Assembly (NCBI GenBank): GCA_016205055.1
Contig: JACQJK010000008.1
Span: 1-26,690 of the forward strand
Direction: 5' to 3'
Length of the DNA: 26,690 nt
DNA from: Candidatus Doudnabacteria bacterium
GTDB taxonomy: Bacteria > Patescibacteriota > Doudnabacteria > UBA920 > 2-01-FULL-50-11
The notes beneath the pieces are model-generated. The model searched no databases and was not told the origin of the DNA. It saw only the letters and a list, made by a program, of their open reading frames with translations. Position 1 is the stretch's first letter; every line of letters starts with the position of its first letter. A program made the translations under genes and the position numbers. Shown piece by piece: positions 8,575-17,450 of this stretch.

Positions 8575-9633
8575 CTAGCGAGGTATCTTCTCCACCTCGG
8601 TTTGGATCAAGACCTCCCGCAAATTCTCCAAATCTTCCAATACCACTCCCGTACCCCGCACCACCGCGGTCAAGGGGTCGTCAGTGACGTGCACCGGGAT
8701 AAGAGTTTCTTTGGCGACCAGTAAATCCAATCCGCGCAATAACGACCCGCCGCCGGCAAGAGTGATCCCGCGGCTCATGATATCGGCTACCAGTTCCGGA
8801 GGGGTTTCTTCTACCGCTTCCTTGACCGTGTTAACGATTGTTCGCACCGATCGGCTTAAGGCCTCGCGAATCTGTTCGTCGGTGACCACCACCTCCTTGG
8901 GCAACCCGGTCACCATGTCACGGCCGCGCATGACGGCTTGCGCGCCTTCTTTCTGACGATAGGCCGAACCGATTTTAATTTTTACTTCCTCCGCCGTCCG
9001 CTCTCCCAGTAATAGATTGAACTCTTCCCGAGCGTACTGAATAATACTCTCGTTCATCTCGTCCCCGGCAACCCTAATACTCCTGGACACCACAACACCG
9101 CCTAGGGAAATGACGGCAATTTCGGTGGTGCCTCCGCCAATATCCACGATCATGCTGCCCGAGGGATCTTGCACCGGCAGGCGCGAACCGATCGCGGCGG
9201 CCATCGGCTCTTCAATCAAAAACGCCGCGCGAGCGCCGGCGTTGAGCGCTGCATCCTGAACCGCCCGCCGCTCCACGTCCGTTCCCCCGGACGGGATGCC
9301 CACGACCACTTGGGGTCGGGAAAAAAAATTTAGATTTCCCTGCTGAACCTTGGTAAAAAAATATTTCAACATCTGCTCGGTGATTTCAAAATCTGAAATT
9401 ACCCCGTCAACCAATGGTCGAATCGCGACGATATGCGCCGGCGTGCGGCCCACCATGCTTTTCGCGTCGTTGCCGATGGCTAAAATTTGCTTGGTCCTGG
9501 TATTCAAAGCCACCACCGAGGGTTCGTTGATAACTATGCCTTTCCCCGAAACGTAAACCAAAGTGTTCGCGGTTCCTAAATCGATGCCGATATCGTGAGA
9601 AAAATTTTTGAAAACCCGTTCGGATAATGACAT
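8575..9633 (-). CDS. mreB: Actin-like cell shape protein MreB
   Basis: DIGIDLGTANT, EPSVVA, IEEPMAAAIG, VDIGGGTTE, LAGGGSLLRGLD. First gene of mreBCD-mrdA; TAATG overlap with proS. Confidence 0.97.
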   Translation of the reverse strand: MSLSERVFKNFSHDIGIDLGTANTLVYVSGKGIVINEPSVVALNTRTKQILAIGNDAKSMVGRTPAHIVAIRPLVDGVISDFEITEQMLKYFFTKVQQGNLNFFSRPQVVVGIPSGGTDVERRAVQDAALNAGARAAFLIEEPMAAAIGSRLPVQDPSGSMIVDIGGGTTEIAVISLGGVVVSRSIRVAGDEMNESIIQYAREEFNLLLGERTAEEVKIKIGSAYRQKEGAQAVMRGRDMVTGLPKEVVVTDEQIREALSRSVRTIVNTVKEAVEETPPELVADIMSRGITLAGGGSLLRGLDLLVAKETLIPVHVTDDPLTAVVRGTGVVLEDLENLREVLIQTEVEKIPR

Positions 9634-10874
9634 TACAATTTACTTAAATAATTGCTAAGCTCCCGCTCTTTCTCTAGTTGCGTTTTCTGGCCTGCGCGCA
9701 ATTTGTACTCCACACTCTCCCGCTCCACAGTACGCGGGGAAACCACTAATCTAAGCGGAATCCCCAATAAGTCGCTATCGGCCAATTTTGTGCCCGGGGA
9801 AAGTTCGCGATCATCATATAGTACCTCGTGGCCCTGCTTCTGTAAAGCCCGCCAAATTTCCTCCGCAAATTTCCCGACCCGCTCTTGACCACCATCCAGG
9901 GAAACTAAATGAATAAAAAACGGGGCAACGATCTCGGGCCAAATTACTCCTTTCTCATCATGGAATTTCTCCACTAACACTCCCATAAGCCGGCTGATGC
10001 CGATTCCGTAGCAACCCATTATTACGATTTGTTTTTTCCCGGCCTTGTCGGTGAAAATCAAATCAAACGAGGAGGCATATTTGGGCTTGAGTTTGAAAAT
10101 GTTACCTACCTCCGAACCCCTGGAAGCTCGCCAGCTGTTTTTTTTGCAGCGGCTGCAGGTGGCTCGCTCCGAAAAAATTTCCTTATTTTTCCCCACTTCG
10201 CAATTCTTGCAAATATAAATTGTATCTTCTCCGGTTGGTATCTCGATTTGGAACTCATCGCTGAATTCGGAAAAAGTTCCTCCGGTCGCTTCTGTGCGAA
10301 TCGCGTCTAGTCCGATTCGCTTAAAAGTTTTCAGGTAAGCCGCGCTTGCCCTTTCGTAAAATTCATTCAAATCGGCCGCGTCGGCGTGAAAACTGTACAT
10401 ATCCTTCATCCGAAACTCCCGACCGCGCAAGAGCCCGGATTTTACGCGTGGTTCGTCGCGAAATTTAGTTTGGATCTGGTAAACTGCGAAAGGCAAATCT
10501 TTGTAGGAACTAATTATCGGACGCGCCATAGGTGTGACAACCTCTTCGTGACTGGGGCCAAGGGCATACTCGTGACCGTGCCGGGATTTGATTTTAAACA
10601 GCACGTCTAATCCGCTCCACCTTCCCGTGGTCACCCAACTTTCTTTCGGATGCAAGCTCGGCATGAAAATTTCCTGCCCGCCAATCGCGTTCATCTCTTG
10701 ACGCACTACGTTTTCAATCTTCTGCAAAACCCGCAATCCTAAAGGCAGATAAGAATAAACTCCCGCCATGACCTTTTGCACAAACCCCCCGCGTTCCAAT
10801 AGCCGGGCGTTTACCGACGGGTCGTCGGAAGGTGCGGTCTTGCTGGTTTTTCCGAACAGTTGCGATTGTCTCAT
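9633..10874 (-). CDS. proS: Prolyl-tRNA synthetase, compact form lacking the INS editing domain
   Basis: GVYSYLPLG, LGPSHEE, YQIQTKFRDEPRVKSGLLRGREFRMKDMYSFH, EVGNIFKL, MGCYGIGISR, anticodon-binding domain. 413 aa. Confidence 0.96.
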   Translation of the reverse strand: MRQSQLFGKTSKTAPSDDPSVNARLLERGGFVQKVMAGVYSYLPLGLRVLQKIENVVRQEMNAIGGQEIFMPSLHPKESWVTTGRWSGLDVLFKIKSRHGHEYALGPSHEEVVTPMARPIISSYKDLPFAVYQIQTKFRDEPRVKSGLLRGREFRMKDMYSFHADAADLNEFYERASAAYLKTFKRIGLDAIRTEATGGTFSEFSDEFQIEIPTGEDTIYICKNCEVGKNKEIFSERATCSRCKKNSWRASRGSEVGNIFKLKPKYASSFDLIFTDKAGKKQIVIMGCYGIGISRLMGVLVEKFHDEKGVIWPEIVAPFFIHLVSLDGGQERVGKFAEEIWRALQKQGHEVLYDDRELSPGTKLADSDLLGIPLRLVVSPRTVERESVEYKLRAGQKTQLEKERELSNYLSKL

Positions 10875-11992
10875 AAACCGGTGATCTTTCCCCAGATTTT
10901 GCCGAATTGATCTCCAAACCTTGTGAAATCCTTAAACGTGATCCACACCATTAAAGAAATCAACAGAAAAAAACCAAAAGTATTGACATAGTTCTCTATT
11001 CGGGCGTTGAACTTTTTTCGGCGCAGTTTCTCAATCAACAAGAAAAATATCCTGCCTCCGTCAAGGGCCGGAAAAGGAATGGCGTTGATTATCGCCAGAT
11101 TGATCGACAAAATTGCGGTAAAATAAACAAGATTTGCAAAACCCAGTTCGGTTGCGTCTCGAGTTAAAACGGCAATGCCCACCGGCCCGGTTAACGACGC
11201 GACCAACGTACTATCGGTGAACAAACTGCCGATTAAACGGCCGAACGCTAAAATTATCTGCAAGGCCAAAGACCCTGTAATCCCAATCCCTCGATAAATC
11301 GCCTCAAACCAGGGATAAGAAATTTTCGCCACGAGCGCGGGCTGGACTCCCAAAGGGCCTTGACCGGCAGGAGGGCTGGTACGAGGGATGATAGTTTTTT
11401 CAAAAATACTTTTCCCGCGCTGAATCTTATATACCACGCTTACGCCAGCGTTCGCGCTGGTTAGATCCTGTAACTCCTGTATTGTCTTAACTTCCCGGCC
11501 ATCTAGAGATAACACCACGTCCCCGGCCCGCCATCCGGCAAGCTGGGCGGGACTGCCTTCTTCAACGTAAAGCAAAGCAACCTGCGCCGCTTCCGCCCGG
11601 GCCGAGGGAGGCAGCTGCTCGCCTTCCGCAACTTGCGTCGGCAAACCGACGGAGAGCGCCAGCGAAACCAGCAACCAAGCTAAAATTGCGTTCATGGAAA
11701 CTCCGGCGACCAAAACCAAAAAACGCTTGAGTGCGGATTTAGTGGAAAAAGAACCGGGCTCGGAAGTTTCCGCATTCTCGCCTAAAATCTTTACAAACCC
11801 GCCCAGAGGAATCCAGTTTATAGAATAAAGCGTTCCCTTCCTCTTAATCCCGAATAGCCGCGGGGGGAAGCCGAAACCAAACTCTTCCACTTTCATGCCC
11901 GCTCGCTTCGCCATTAAAAAATGACCGAGCTCATGAACAAAAATCAAAAGCCCTAAAATAAAAATAAACGCGATTATGGCCAGTAAAATCAT
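10871..11992 (-). CDS. rseP: RIP/site-2 metalloprotease (M50) with PDZ domain
   Basis: HELGH (HExxH), EEFGFGFPP, NWIPLGGFVKI, AGVSMN, PDZ segment, NAIPFPALDGG. ATGA overlap with proS. Confidence 0.95.
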   Translation of the reverse strand: MILLAIIAFIFILGLLIFVHELGHFLMAKRAGMKVEEFGFGFPPRLFGIKRKGTLYSINWIPLGGFVKILGENAETSEPGSFSTKSALKRFLVLVAGVSMNAILAWLLVSLALSVGLPTQVAEGEQLPPSARAEAAQVALLYVEEGSPAQLAGWRAGDVVLSLDGREVKTIQELQDLTSANAGVSVVYKIQRGKSIFEKTIIPRTSPPAGQGPLGVQPALVAKISYPWFEAIYRGIGITGSLALQIILAFGRLIGSLFTDSTLVASLTGPVGIAVLTRDATELGFANLVYFTAILSINLAIINAIPFPALDGGRIFFLLIEKLRRKKFNARIENYVNTFGFFLLISLMVWITFKDFTRFGDQFGKIWGKITGL

Positions 11993-12010
11993 GAGATCGT
12001 GCAGCGTTTC

Positions 12011-12568
12011 TTAAATTATTGCTAACTCGGTTTCCTTCTTTGTTGTCAAGTCAGTAATTTTCTCGTTATATTCGTCGATGATTTTTTTTAGCTCTTCTTG
12101 GGCCTCGTATTTGGCATCGTCTGTCAATTTCTTATCTCGGTGCAATTTCGTGATTTCCCGCCATAAGTCCTCTCGAATCCCGCGTATTCTGACCCTGGCC
12201 GCCTCGGCTAATTGACGAGTGAACTTCTGAAGTTCCCCCCGGCGCTCTTCGGTCATCGGAGGAATATTTAAACGGATAAAATTTCCGTCATTAACCGGCT
12301 GTAGTCCGATATTGGCCCCTAAAATCGCCTTTTCCATCGCAGGCAACAAAGTTTTATCCCACGGTTGAATCGCCAAAGACCGAGGGTCAGAAACCGTAAT
12401 GGATCCGATAGTGTTAAGAGGAACGAAGGAGCCGTAGCTTTCGACCTTTAAATTTTCCACAAGTGCGGGGTTGGCTCGCCCGGTCCTCACCGTCGCAAGT
12501 TCGGTGCGGAAGTGCTCAAGCGCTTTTTCGAAATCTGGTCTTTTTCCGTTGATTAATTCCCGGTACAT
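12011..12568 (-). CDS. frr: Ribosome recycling factor
   Basis: TVRTGRANPALVE, IQPWDK, IRLNIPPMTEERR, RVRIRGIR. 185 aa. Confidence 0.97.
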   Translation of the reverse strand: MYRELINGKRPDFEKALEHFRTELATVRTGRANPALVENLKVESYGSFVPLNTIGSITVSDPRSLAIQPWDKTLLPAMEKAILGANIGLQPVNDGNFIRLNIPPMTEERRGELQKFTRQLAEAARVRIRGIREDLWREITKLHRDKKLTDDAKYEAQEELKKIIDEYNEKITDLTTKKETELAII

Positions 12569-12574
12569 ATCGTT

Positions 12575-13612
12575 TCACTGCAACACCTGGCCTAAAGCCG
12601 AGTACATAATGTTAGTTTCTTCAGGATGGATTAACATTGCTCTGACGGAAGCGGAAATTGGCAGGGCTTTCACTTGCCAAGTTTTTCCGGAATCAGAAGA
12701 TTTATACAAAGTCTGCGCGATAACCGCGAAAATTTGGTTGGCATCCTTCGGGTTCACCGTAACGGCGCTGACGACTTTCGAAAGTTCGTTAGTCGGCAAC
12801 TCAACTCTTTCCCAAGTGGCGCCGTCATCCACCGAGCGATGCAACCCGCTTGCGGAAGCTAAATAAATGACGCCGGGGTTTGTTAAAACCAAAAAATCCT
12901 GATAAGGTGCTCCGCCCAACTTTTCCCCCACGATAGTCCAGGTCGCTCCCCCGTCGGTGCTTTTATACAAGCCCTTTTCCATGCTTAAAGCGTAAACTTT
13001 TTTTGAATCGCCGGCCGCAAAAGCAATCTTTAATATCCGTCCCTCCAGCTTGGAAAGCAAGTCCCAAGTGGAACCGGAATCTTTGCTTAAAATAATCTCT
13101 CCGGTCGAAAGGGCGATATAAACGTTTTTTGGACTCGTGCGATCGTACACTACCGCGGAAACGAAATTATTGCTCCTGGCTTCCGTGAAAACTTCAATCC
13201 AAGTTTGCGCCGCATCGGTTGATTTAAACAGCTTGGCTTTATCCGACCTACTGCCGCCTGCAAAAATTTCGTTTCCATCCTTCAGGTTCACTTGCAAATC
13301 GTAAACCCGGACACCGGTCAGCGTTTTTTTCCAATCGCCGCCGGAGTTTGTGGATTGATAAACTCCTTGATTGGGGCTGGCCAGGTACAAGGTTTCGCGT
13401 TCGGCAGGATCCATCCGAATTCGCGCCACGCTCACCGGCCGTAGTGATCCTTGCTCACCAACCTTATTCACCAGTTCCCAATTTTCGCCCGAATCCACGC
13501 TCTTCAACACACCTCCGGAAAAAGACTGCCCGCCGCCTAACGGGTTTAGTGAACAGGATTGGGCCAACAAAAGCAAAGTTGGCAAGACAATCAAAATTTT
13601 TGTCTTTCTCAT
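12575..13612 (-). CDS. Probable lipoprotein with seven BNR/Asp-box repeats (Ycf48/Vps10-like beta-propeller)
   Basis: From ATG 13612 (1 nt after the holB stop): signal MRKTKILIVLPTLLLLAQSC with Cys20. Repeats SVDSGENW, STNSGGDW, STDAAQTW, SKDSGSTW, STDGGATW, SVDDGATW, SSDSGKTW. Confidence 0.8.
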   Translation of the reverse strand: MRKTKILIVLPTLLLLAQSCSLNPLGGGQSFSGGVLKSVDSGENWELVNKVGEQGSLRPVSVARIRMDPAERETLYLASPNQGVYQSTNSGGDWKKTLTGVRVYDLQVNLKDGNEIFAGGSRSDKAKLFKSTDAAQTWIEVFTEARSNNFVSAVVYDRTSPKNVYIALSTGEIILSKDSGSTWDLLSKLEGRILKIAFAAGDSKKVYALSMEKGLYKSTDGGATWTIVGEKLGGAPYQDFLVLTNPGVIYLASASGLHRSVDDGATWERVELPTNELSKVVSAVTVNPKDANQIFAVIAQTLYKSSDSGKTWQVKALPISASVRAMLIHPEETNIMYSALGQVLQ

Positions 13613-13613
13613 G

Positions 13614-14555
13614 TTATATTTGCAAGACCAAATTATCAAAAACCAACCTCGTATTCAAGTTCAAACGCAAGTGCTCTGCGGCCTCCCATACGGCTTTTGC
13701 GCGCTCACCCTCTCGGACCGCCTCGGCGTTGGATTGGGAAGCGAGCAAGCGCGTTTCTGCTGCCAACAGCCACGAAAATAATACTAAATCAATTTCCTCA
13801 CCTTCTCTACCTGCCAGCTCTTGAGAGATTTTTAGTTTTTCTGATAAATCACAAGACAAAAGCTGCCGCAATAATGCCAAAGATGCAATCCACTGCTCTG
13901 CGAATTCAGGATGGATCATAAGCCGCCTCAAAAGCCCAAGCCGCCCATAGGACATGGCGACAGCACCTTGCATTGCACTGTCTCTGCCCTCTACATGCGC
14001 CGTGGAGAACCGCGCAAAATCGCTTGCGCCTGAAAGCCCAAAAAAAAGCTTTTGACAGCGCGACAGAACCGTCGGCAGAATTCTATCCAAATTGCTCGTG
14101 GTCAGAATAAAATGGGTTTTTGAGGTTGGCTCCTCCAATAATTTCAAAAAAGCGTTCGCGGCTTCCTGATTCAGATTTTCGGCGGATGAAATTACAGCGA
14201 CTTTTGCGTTTGCCATAAACGATTTTAAAACGAATTGTCTCTGTAACCGCCGAATCTGGTCAACGGTAATCTCTCCCTCCTGATCAACCACAATCATGTC
14301 CGGGTGTCCGCCTTTCACACTTCTACAATTATTGCAATCGCCGCAAGGGCGGGACCGTTCAAAAGAGTTGCATAACAAAATCTTCGCAAAGTCCAGGGCC
14401 AGCGACGTCTTTCCCACGTTCCTTGACCCCGAAAAAATCCAAGCGTGCGGCAGTCGTCCGCTTTTCAACGATTTCTCCAACACCAGCTTTTGGAACTCGT
14501 GGCCAATCGTTGACCAGACCAAATCCTCTGTTTTCAATGCACTTTTTTTTCTCAC
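13614..14555 (-). CDS. holB: DNA polymerase III subunit delta-prime (clamp loader, AAA+)
   Basis: PHAWIFSGSRNVGKT (Walker A-like), Zn cluster C...PCGDCNNC, HPD, AANAFLKLLEEP, LPTVLSRC. Length and divergent C-terminus favour holB over dnaX. GTG start is uncertain. Confidence 0.85.
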   Translation of the reverse strand: MRKKSALKTEDLVWSTIGHEFQKLVLEKSLKSGRLPHAWIFSGSRNVGKTSLALDFAKILLCNSFERSRPCGDCNNCRSVKGGHPDMIVVDQEGEITVDQIRRLQRQFVLKSFMANAKVAVISSAENLNQEAANAFLKLLEEPTSKTHFILTTSNLDRILPTVLSRCQKLFFGLSGASDFARFSTAHVEGRDSAMQGAVAMSYGRLGLLRRLMIHPEFAEQWIASLALLRQLLSCDLSEKLKISQELAGREGEEIDLVLFSWLLAAETRLLASQSNAEAVREGERAKAVWEAAEHLRLNLNTRLVFDNLVLQI

Positions 14556-14630
14556 AGTTTTTTAGGTTTCTACGAGCTTTTAAAGCGAACCTATTGGGTT
14601 TTCCGCCCGTGAGTGTACGTGCCAGACGAG

Positions 14631-14700
14631 TACTCCGTTAGAAGTCAGACGTCCAAGGACGTCTGCCGGCACGCAATCGTGCCAGACTTCTAACGGAGTA
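14631..14700. repeat. Y-shaped (three-way) palindromic element, REP/MITE-like
   Basis: Perfect 16-bp inverted repeat TACTCCGTTAGAAGTC (14631-14646) / GACTTCTAACGGAGTA (14685-14700). It encloses AGACGTCC-AA-GGACGTCT (14647-14664) and GGCACG-CAAT-CGTGCC (14668-14683). Confidence 0.85.
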
Positions 14701-14701
14701 A

Positions 14702-14731
14702 ATTATAACAGAAAAAAATTCTAGTTGACAA
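14702..14731 (-). promoter_or_regulatory. Putative sigma70 promoter for the holB operon (TTGTCA-18-TATAAT with extended TG)
   Basis: Minus strand: TTGTCA at 14731-14726, TG-T-TATAAT at 14710-14702. Confidence 0.6.
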
Positions 14732-14754
14732 ATAGCGGAAGGGGGCAGAAAAAG

Positions 14755-15837
14755 TCACTCTTCCAACACTTTCAAAGTTGCTTGCGCGGTTCGCGTCCAG
14801 GAGAATCTTTTTAAATTCTCGCGTCCAGATAAAATCAGTTTTTTTCTCAAGCTACGATCGCGCAAAAGCGTTGTTAACCCCTCCGCTATGCTCTCGGGGC
14901 TTTTTGGATCAACTAAATACGCGCCTAAACCCGCAATCTCTTTAGTTGCGCCGAAATCCGAGGTAAGGACCGGGCAACCGAAAAACTGCGCTTCCAGAAT
15001 CGGCAAGCCAAAGCCCTCATAGAATGAAGGGAAACCGAAAATCACCGCTCGCTGGTAAAGAAGTATTTTCTCCGCCTCGCTAATATAGCGCTTTATCTCA
15101 ACGGTTTTCCGCAAGCCGTTATTTTCTATAAAAGTTTTTATCTCCGCAAACCCGAAGCCGGGCTTTCCTGCCAACACCAGTTTCAAATCCGGGTGAGTCC
15201 GGCGCAGGAGCACTAAGGCCATTAACAAGCCAAGAATATTTTTCTTTTTTTCCAGTCGGCCCACAAAAAATACCGTCGGCTGAACCGCTACATCGCTCGT
15301 GTTGGGCGCTGTTGGCTGATCGTATTGCGGCGCTCCGTGCGGCACTACTCGAATTTTCTCGGGAGGTGTTGAGAAAAATGTAATTAGTTCCCGCTTCGTG
15401 AATTCTGAAGGACAAATAATTCGGTGGGCAAAGCGGGAGGCAAAGCTGACAGATAAGCGATGGTAGGATAAATCAAGAAACGAATACATGTCCGGGTAGC
15501 GCATAAAACCAACGTCGTGCACGGTAACCACTGTTTTTGCTCTGGAAAAAAACGGCAGAGCATGAGACGGTACAAACAACCGGTCAGGCGGTCTAGCAAA
15601 CGCCGCGGCGGAAAGCCGAGCTTGCGTCCAAAGTAAGCTTGGCGGCCAAGCCAGCACTAAATTTTCAAAGTTACCGGGGAGCTGACCAAGCTCGCCGGTC
15701 AACGGCTCGGACGAATAAAGCACGAATCCGTGGCTGGTGGGGAGTTTTTTCAACTCCTCAATTAAAAAATAACTGTACCATTCAGTACCGGTTTTTTGCA
15801 GCTTACCAGCTCGAGAGGCGTCAATGCCGATGATCAT
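14755..15837 (-). CDS. Glycosyltransferase family 4 (GT-B)
   Basis: IGIDAS start, VTVHD, FFVGRLEKKKN, SFYEGFGLPILEAQFFGCPVLTS (E-x7-E). Confidence 0.92.
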   Translation of the reverse strand: MIIGIDASRAGKLQKTGTEWYSYFLIEELKKLPTSHGFVLYSSEPLTGELGQLPGNFENLVLAWPPSLLWTQARLSAAAFARPPDRLFVPSHALPFFSRAKTVVTVHDVGFMRYPDMYSFLDLSYHRLSVSFASRFAHRIICPSEFTKRELITFFSTPPEKIRVVPHGAPQYDQPTAPNTSDVAVQPTVFFVGRLEKKKNILGLLMALVLLRRTHPDLKLVLAGKPGFGFAEIKTFIENNGLRKTVEIKRYISEAEKILLYQRAVIFGFPSFYEGFGLPILEAQFFGCPVLTSDFGATKEIAGLGAYLVDPKSPESIAEGLTTLLRDRSLRKKLILSGRENLKRFSWTRTAQATLKVLEE

Positions 15838-16384
15838 TTTGCTTTGCGCTTGTCAAATCTGATTTTTTTAAGTGTCGATACTCTGCTGGATAATCTATGT
15901 CAAATCTTTCACACAAAGCAGAAATGGCTTTTACATACTTGGCTCCATGTTTGTTTAGCCAAGGGGCCATAAATTTAACCATGTATTCTGCCGAGATGCA
16001 CTTTACTGGACGGCCATCGAGAGTTCCTTTTCCGATTAGTGAAGCCGCAGGATACATCGACTTTTTTTCAAGGGGACCGTAAATTCCATTTCCCTTATCA
16101 TCAAAAACGATAATGTGAAAATCAATTTCGTGGCCTTTATCATCCCCTAACACAAAACTCCATGGGCCCGTATCATCTCGCGGAACATCTTTATACCCTT
16201 GCGACTCTAATAACTCACATACTTTGGATACATCCTTCTCTTGAATAGCAATATCTAAGTCCTCATGGGGGCGCGTTTGCTCCCCTAAAAGCGCATCAAC
16301 AGCCCAGCCGCCATCCAGCCAAATTACGATGCCCAAGTTTTGTAATTGAGTGTAAAAATCCACTACATCTGCAGATGACATCAT
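15821..16384 (-). CDS. Nucleotidyltransferase of the LinA/LnuA-ANT(2'')-like family; substrate unknown
   Basis: WLDGGWAVDALLGEQTRPHEDLDI (GG...DxD), EIDFH, GTLDGRPVKCISAE. Noticeably AT-richer than its neighbours. Confidence 0.8.
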   Translation of the reverse strand: MMSSADVVDFYTQLQNLGIVIWLDGGWAVDALLGEQTRPHEDLDIAIQEKDVSKVCELLESQGYKDVPRDDTGPWSFVLGDDKGHEIDFHIIVFDDKGNGIYGPLEKKSMYPAASLIGKGTLDGRPVKCISAEYMVKFMAPWLNKHGAKYVKAISALCERFDIDYPAEYRHLKKSDLTSAKQNDHRH

Positions 16385-16440
16385 TTTTTCTCAATAGATT
16401 TCTGTCTGAACAGGTTGGCCCCCGAGTATATATTCACCAT

Positions 16441-17448
16441 TTATCTTGTCGAGATCATAGATAGCTTGTAAGTGTCCAGATGCTCGAGCGCCACGCCAGT
16501 TCCTTTGGCAACGCAAAGAACCGGCTCGTCGGCCACGTAAGCCGGCACACCCGTAGATTGGGCGAGCAGTCGGTCCAAGTTCCGCAACAAGGCCGTTCCA
16601 CCCGTTAAAACCATGCCCTTATCGATGATGTCAGAAGACAGTTCGGGCGGGGTTTCCTGCAGTACGTGTCGAACGGCGCCGATGATCTCGGTTAACTGGT
16701 CCTGAATGGCTTCCACCACTTCGTTGGTGAACACTTGAATCGTACGGGGTAATCCTTGAATCACGTCCCGCCCTCGAATTTCCAATTTTTCTTCCTTTTC
16801 CACGGGCAAGGCGGAACCAATCCGAATCTTCACCTCCTCCGCGGTTTGCTCGCCAATGGCTAGCCCGTGTTTTTTTCTGATATAATCCGCAATGGCAACG
16901 TCCATCTTGCTGCCCGCCACGCGAACCGACGTGGAAACTACAATCCCTCCCAAAGAAATTACGCTCACATCCGTGGTTCCCCCGCCTAAGTCAACCACCA
17001 AGTTACCCGAAGCGGTGCCTATATCAATGCCCGCCCCGATTGCCGCCGCGATAGTTTCCTTGATCACGTAAGCCGCTCTGGCCCCGGCGGACTGCGCGGC
17101 GTCAACCACCGCCCGCCGTTCGGTAGAAGTTATCCCTCCGGGAACGGAAATCATCACCTCGGGACGCAACAAACGGATCCGCCCGGCGGCTTTATTGATA
17201 AAATACCGCAACATTGCTTCCGTCACCCGGTAATCGGCAATCACTCCGTCCTTCATCGGTTGTTGGGCAATGATGGTTTCCGGAGTGCGCCCCAGCATTT
17301 CTTTCGCCTCTGTCCCCACGGCTAAAATCCGGTTGTCGGCGATAGAAATCGCCACCACCGTCGGCTCGTTTATAATGATCCCGCGCTTGGGGACGAATAC
17401 CAAAGTGTTGGCCGTCCCCAAGTCAATCCCCAATCGTTTTAGCCACAT
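16441..17448 (-). CDS. mreB: Second MreB/Mbl-like actin paralogue
   Basis: LGIDLGTANT, EPTVVA, VDLGGGTTD, LTGGTALLRNLD. Stand-alone, downstream of murA. ATG at 17448 preferred over the TTG at 17454. Confidence 0.95.
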   Translation of the reverse strand: MWLKRLGIDLGTANTLVFVPKRGIIINEPTVVAISIADNRILAVGTEAKEMLGRTPETIIAQQPMKDGVIADYRVTEAMLRYFINKAAGRIRLLRPEVMISVPGGITSTERRAVVDAAQSAGARAAYVIKETIAAAIGAGIDIGTASGNLVVDLGGGTTDVSVISLGGIVVSTSVRVAGSKMDVAIADYIRKKHGLAIGEQTAEEVKIRIGSALPVEKEEKLEIRGRDVIQGLPRTIQVFTNEVVEAIQDQLTEIIGAVRHVLQETPPELSSDIIDKGMVLTGGTALLRNLDRLLAQSTGVPAYVADEPVLCVAKGTGVALEHLDTYKLSMISTR

Positions 17449-17450
17449 GC

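Noticed and set aside
14330-14625. Minus-strand open frame beginning CTG GCA CGT ACA (ARTLTGGKPNRFALKARRNLKN...) next to the Y-palindrome
   Set aside because: There is no ATG/GTG/TTG start, it overlaps holB out of frame, and I recognise no homology. Coordinates are approximate.
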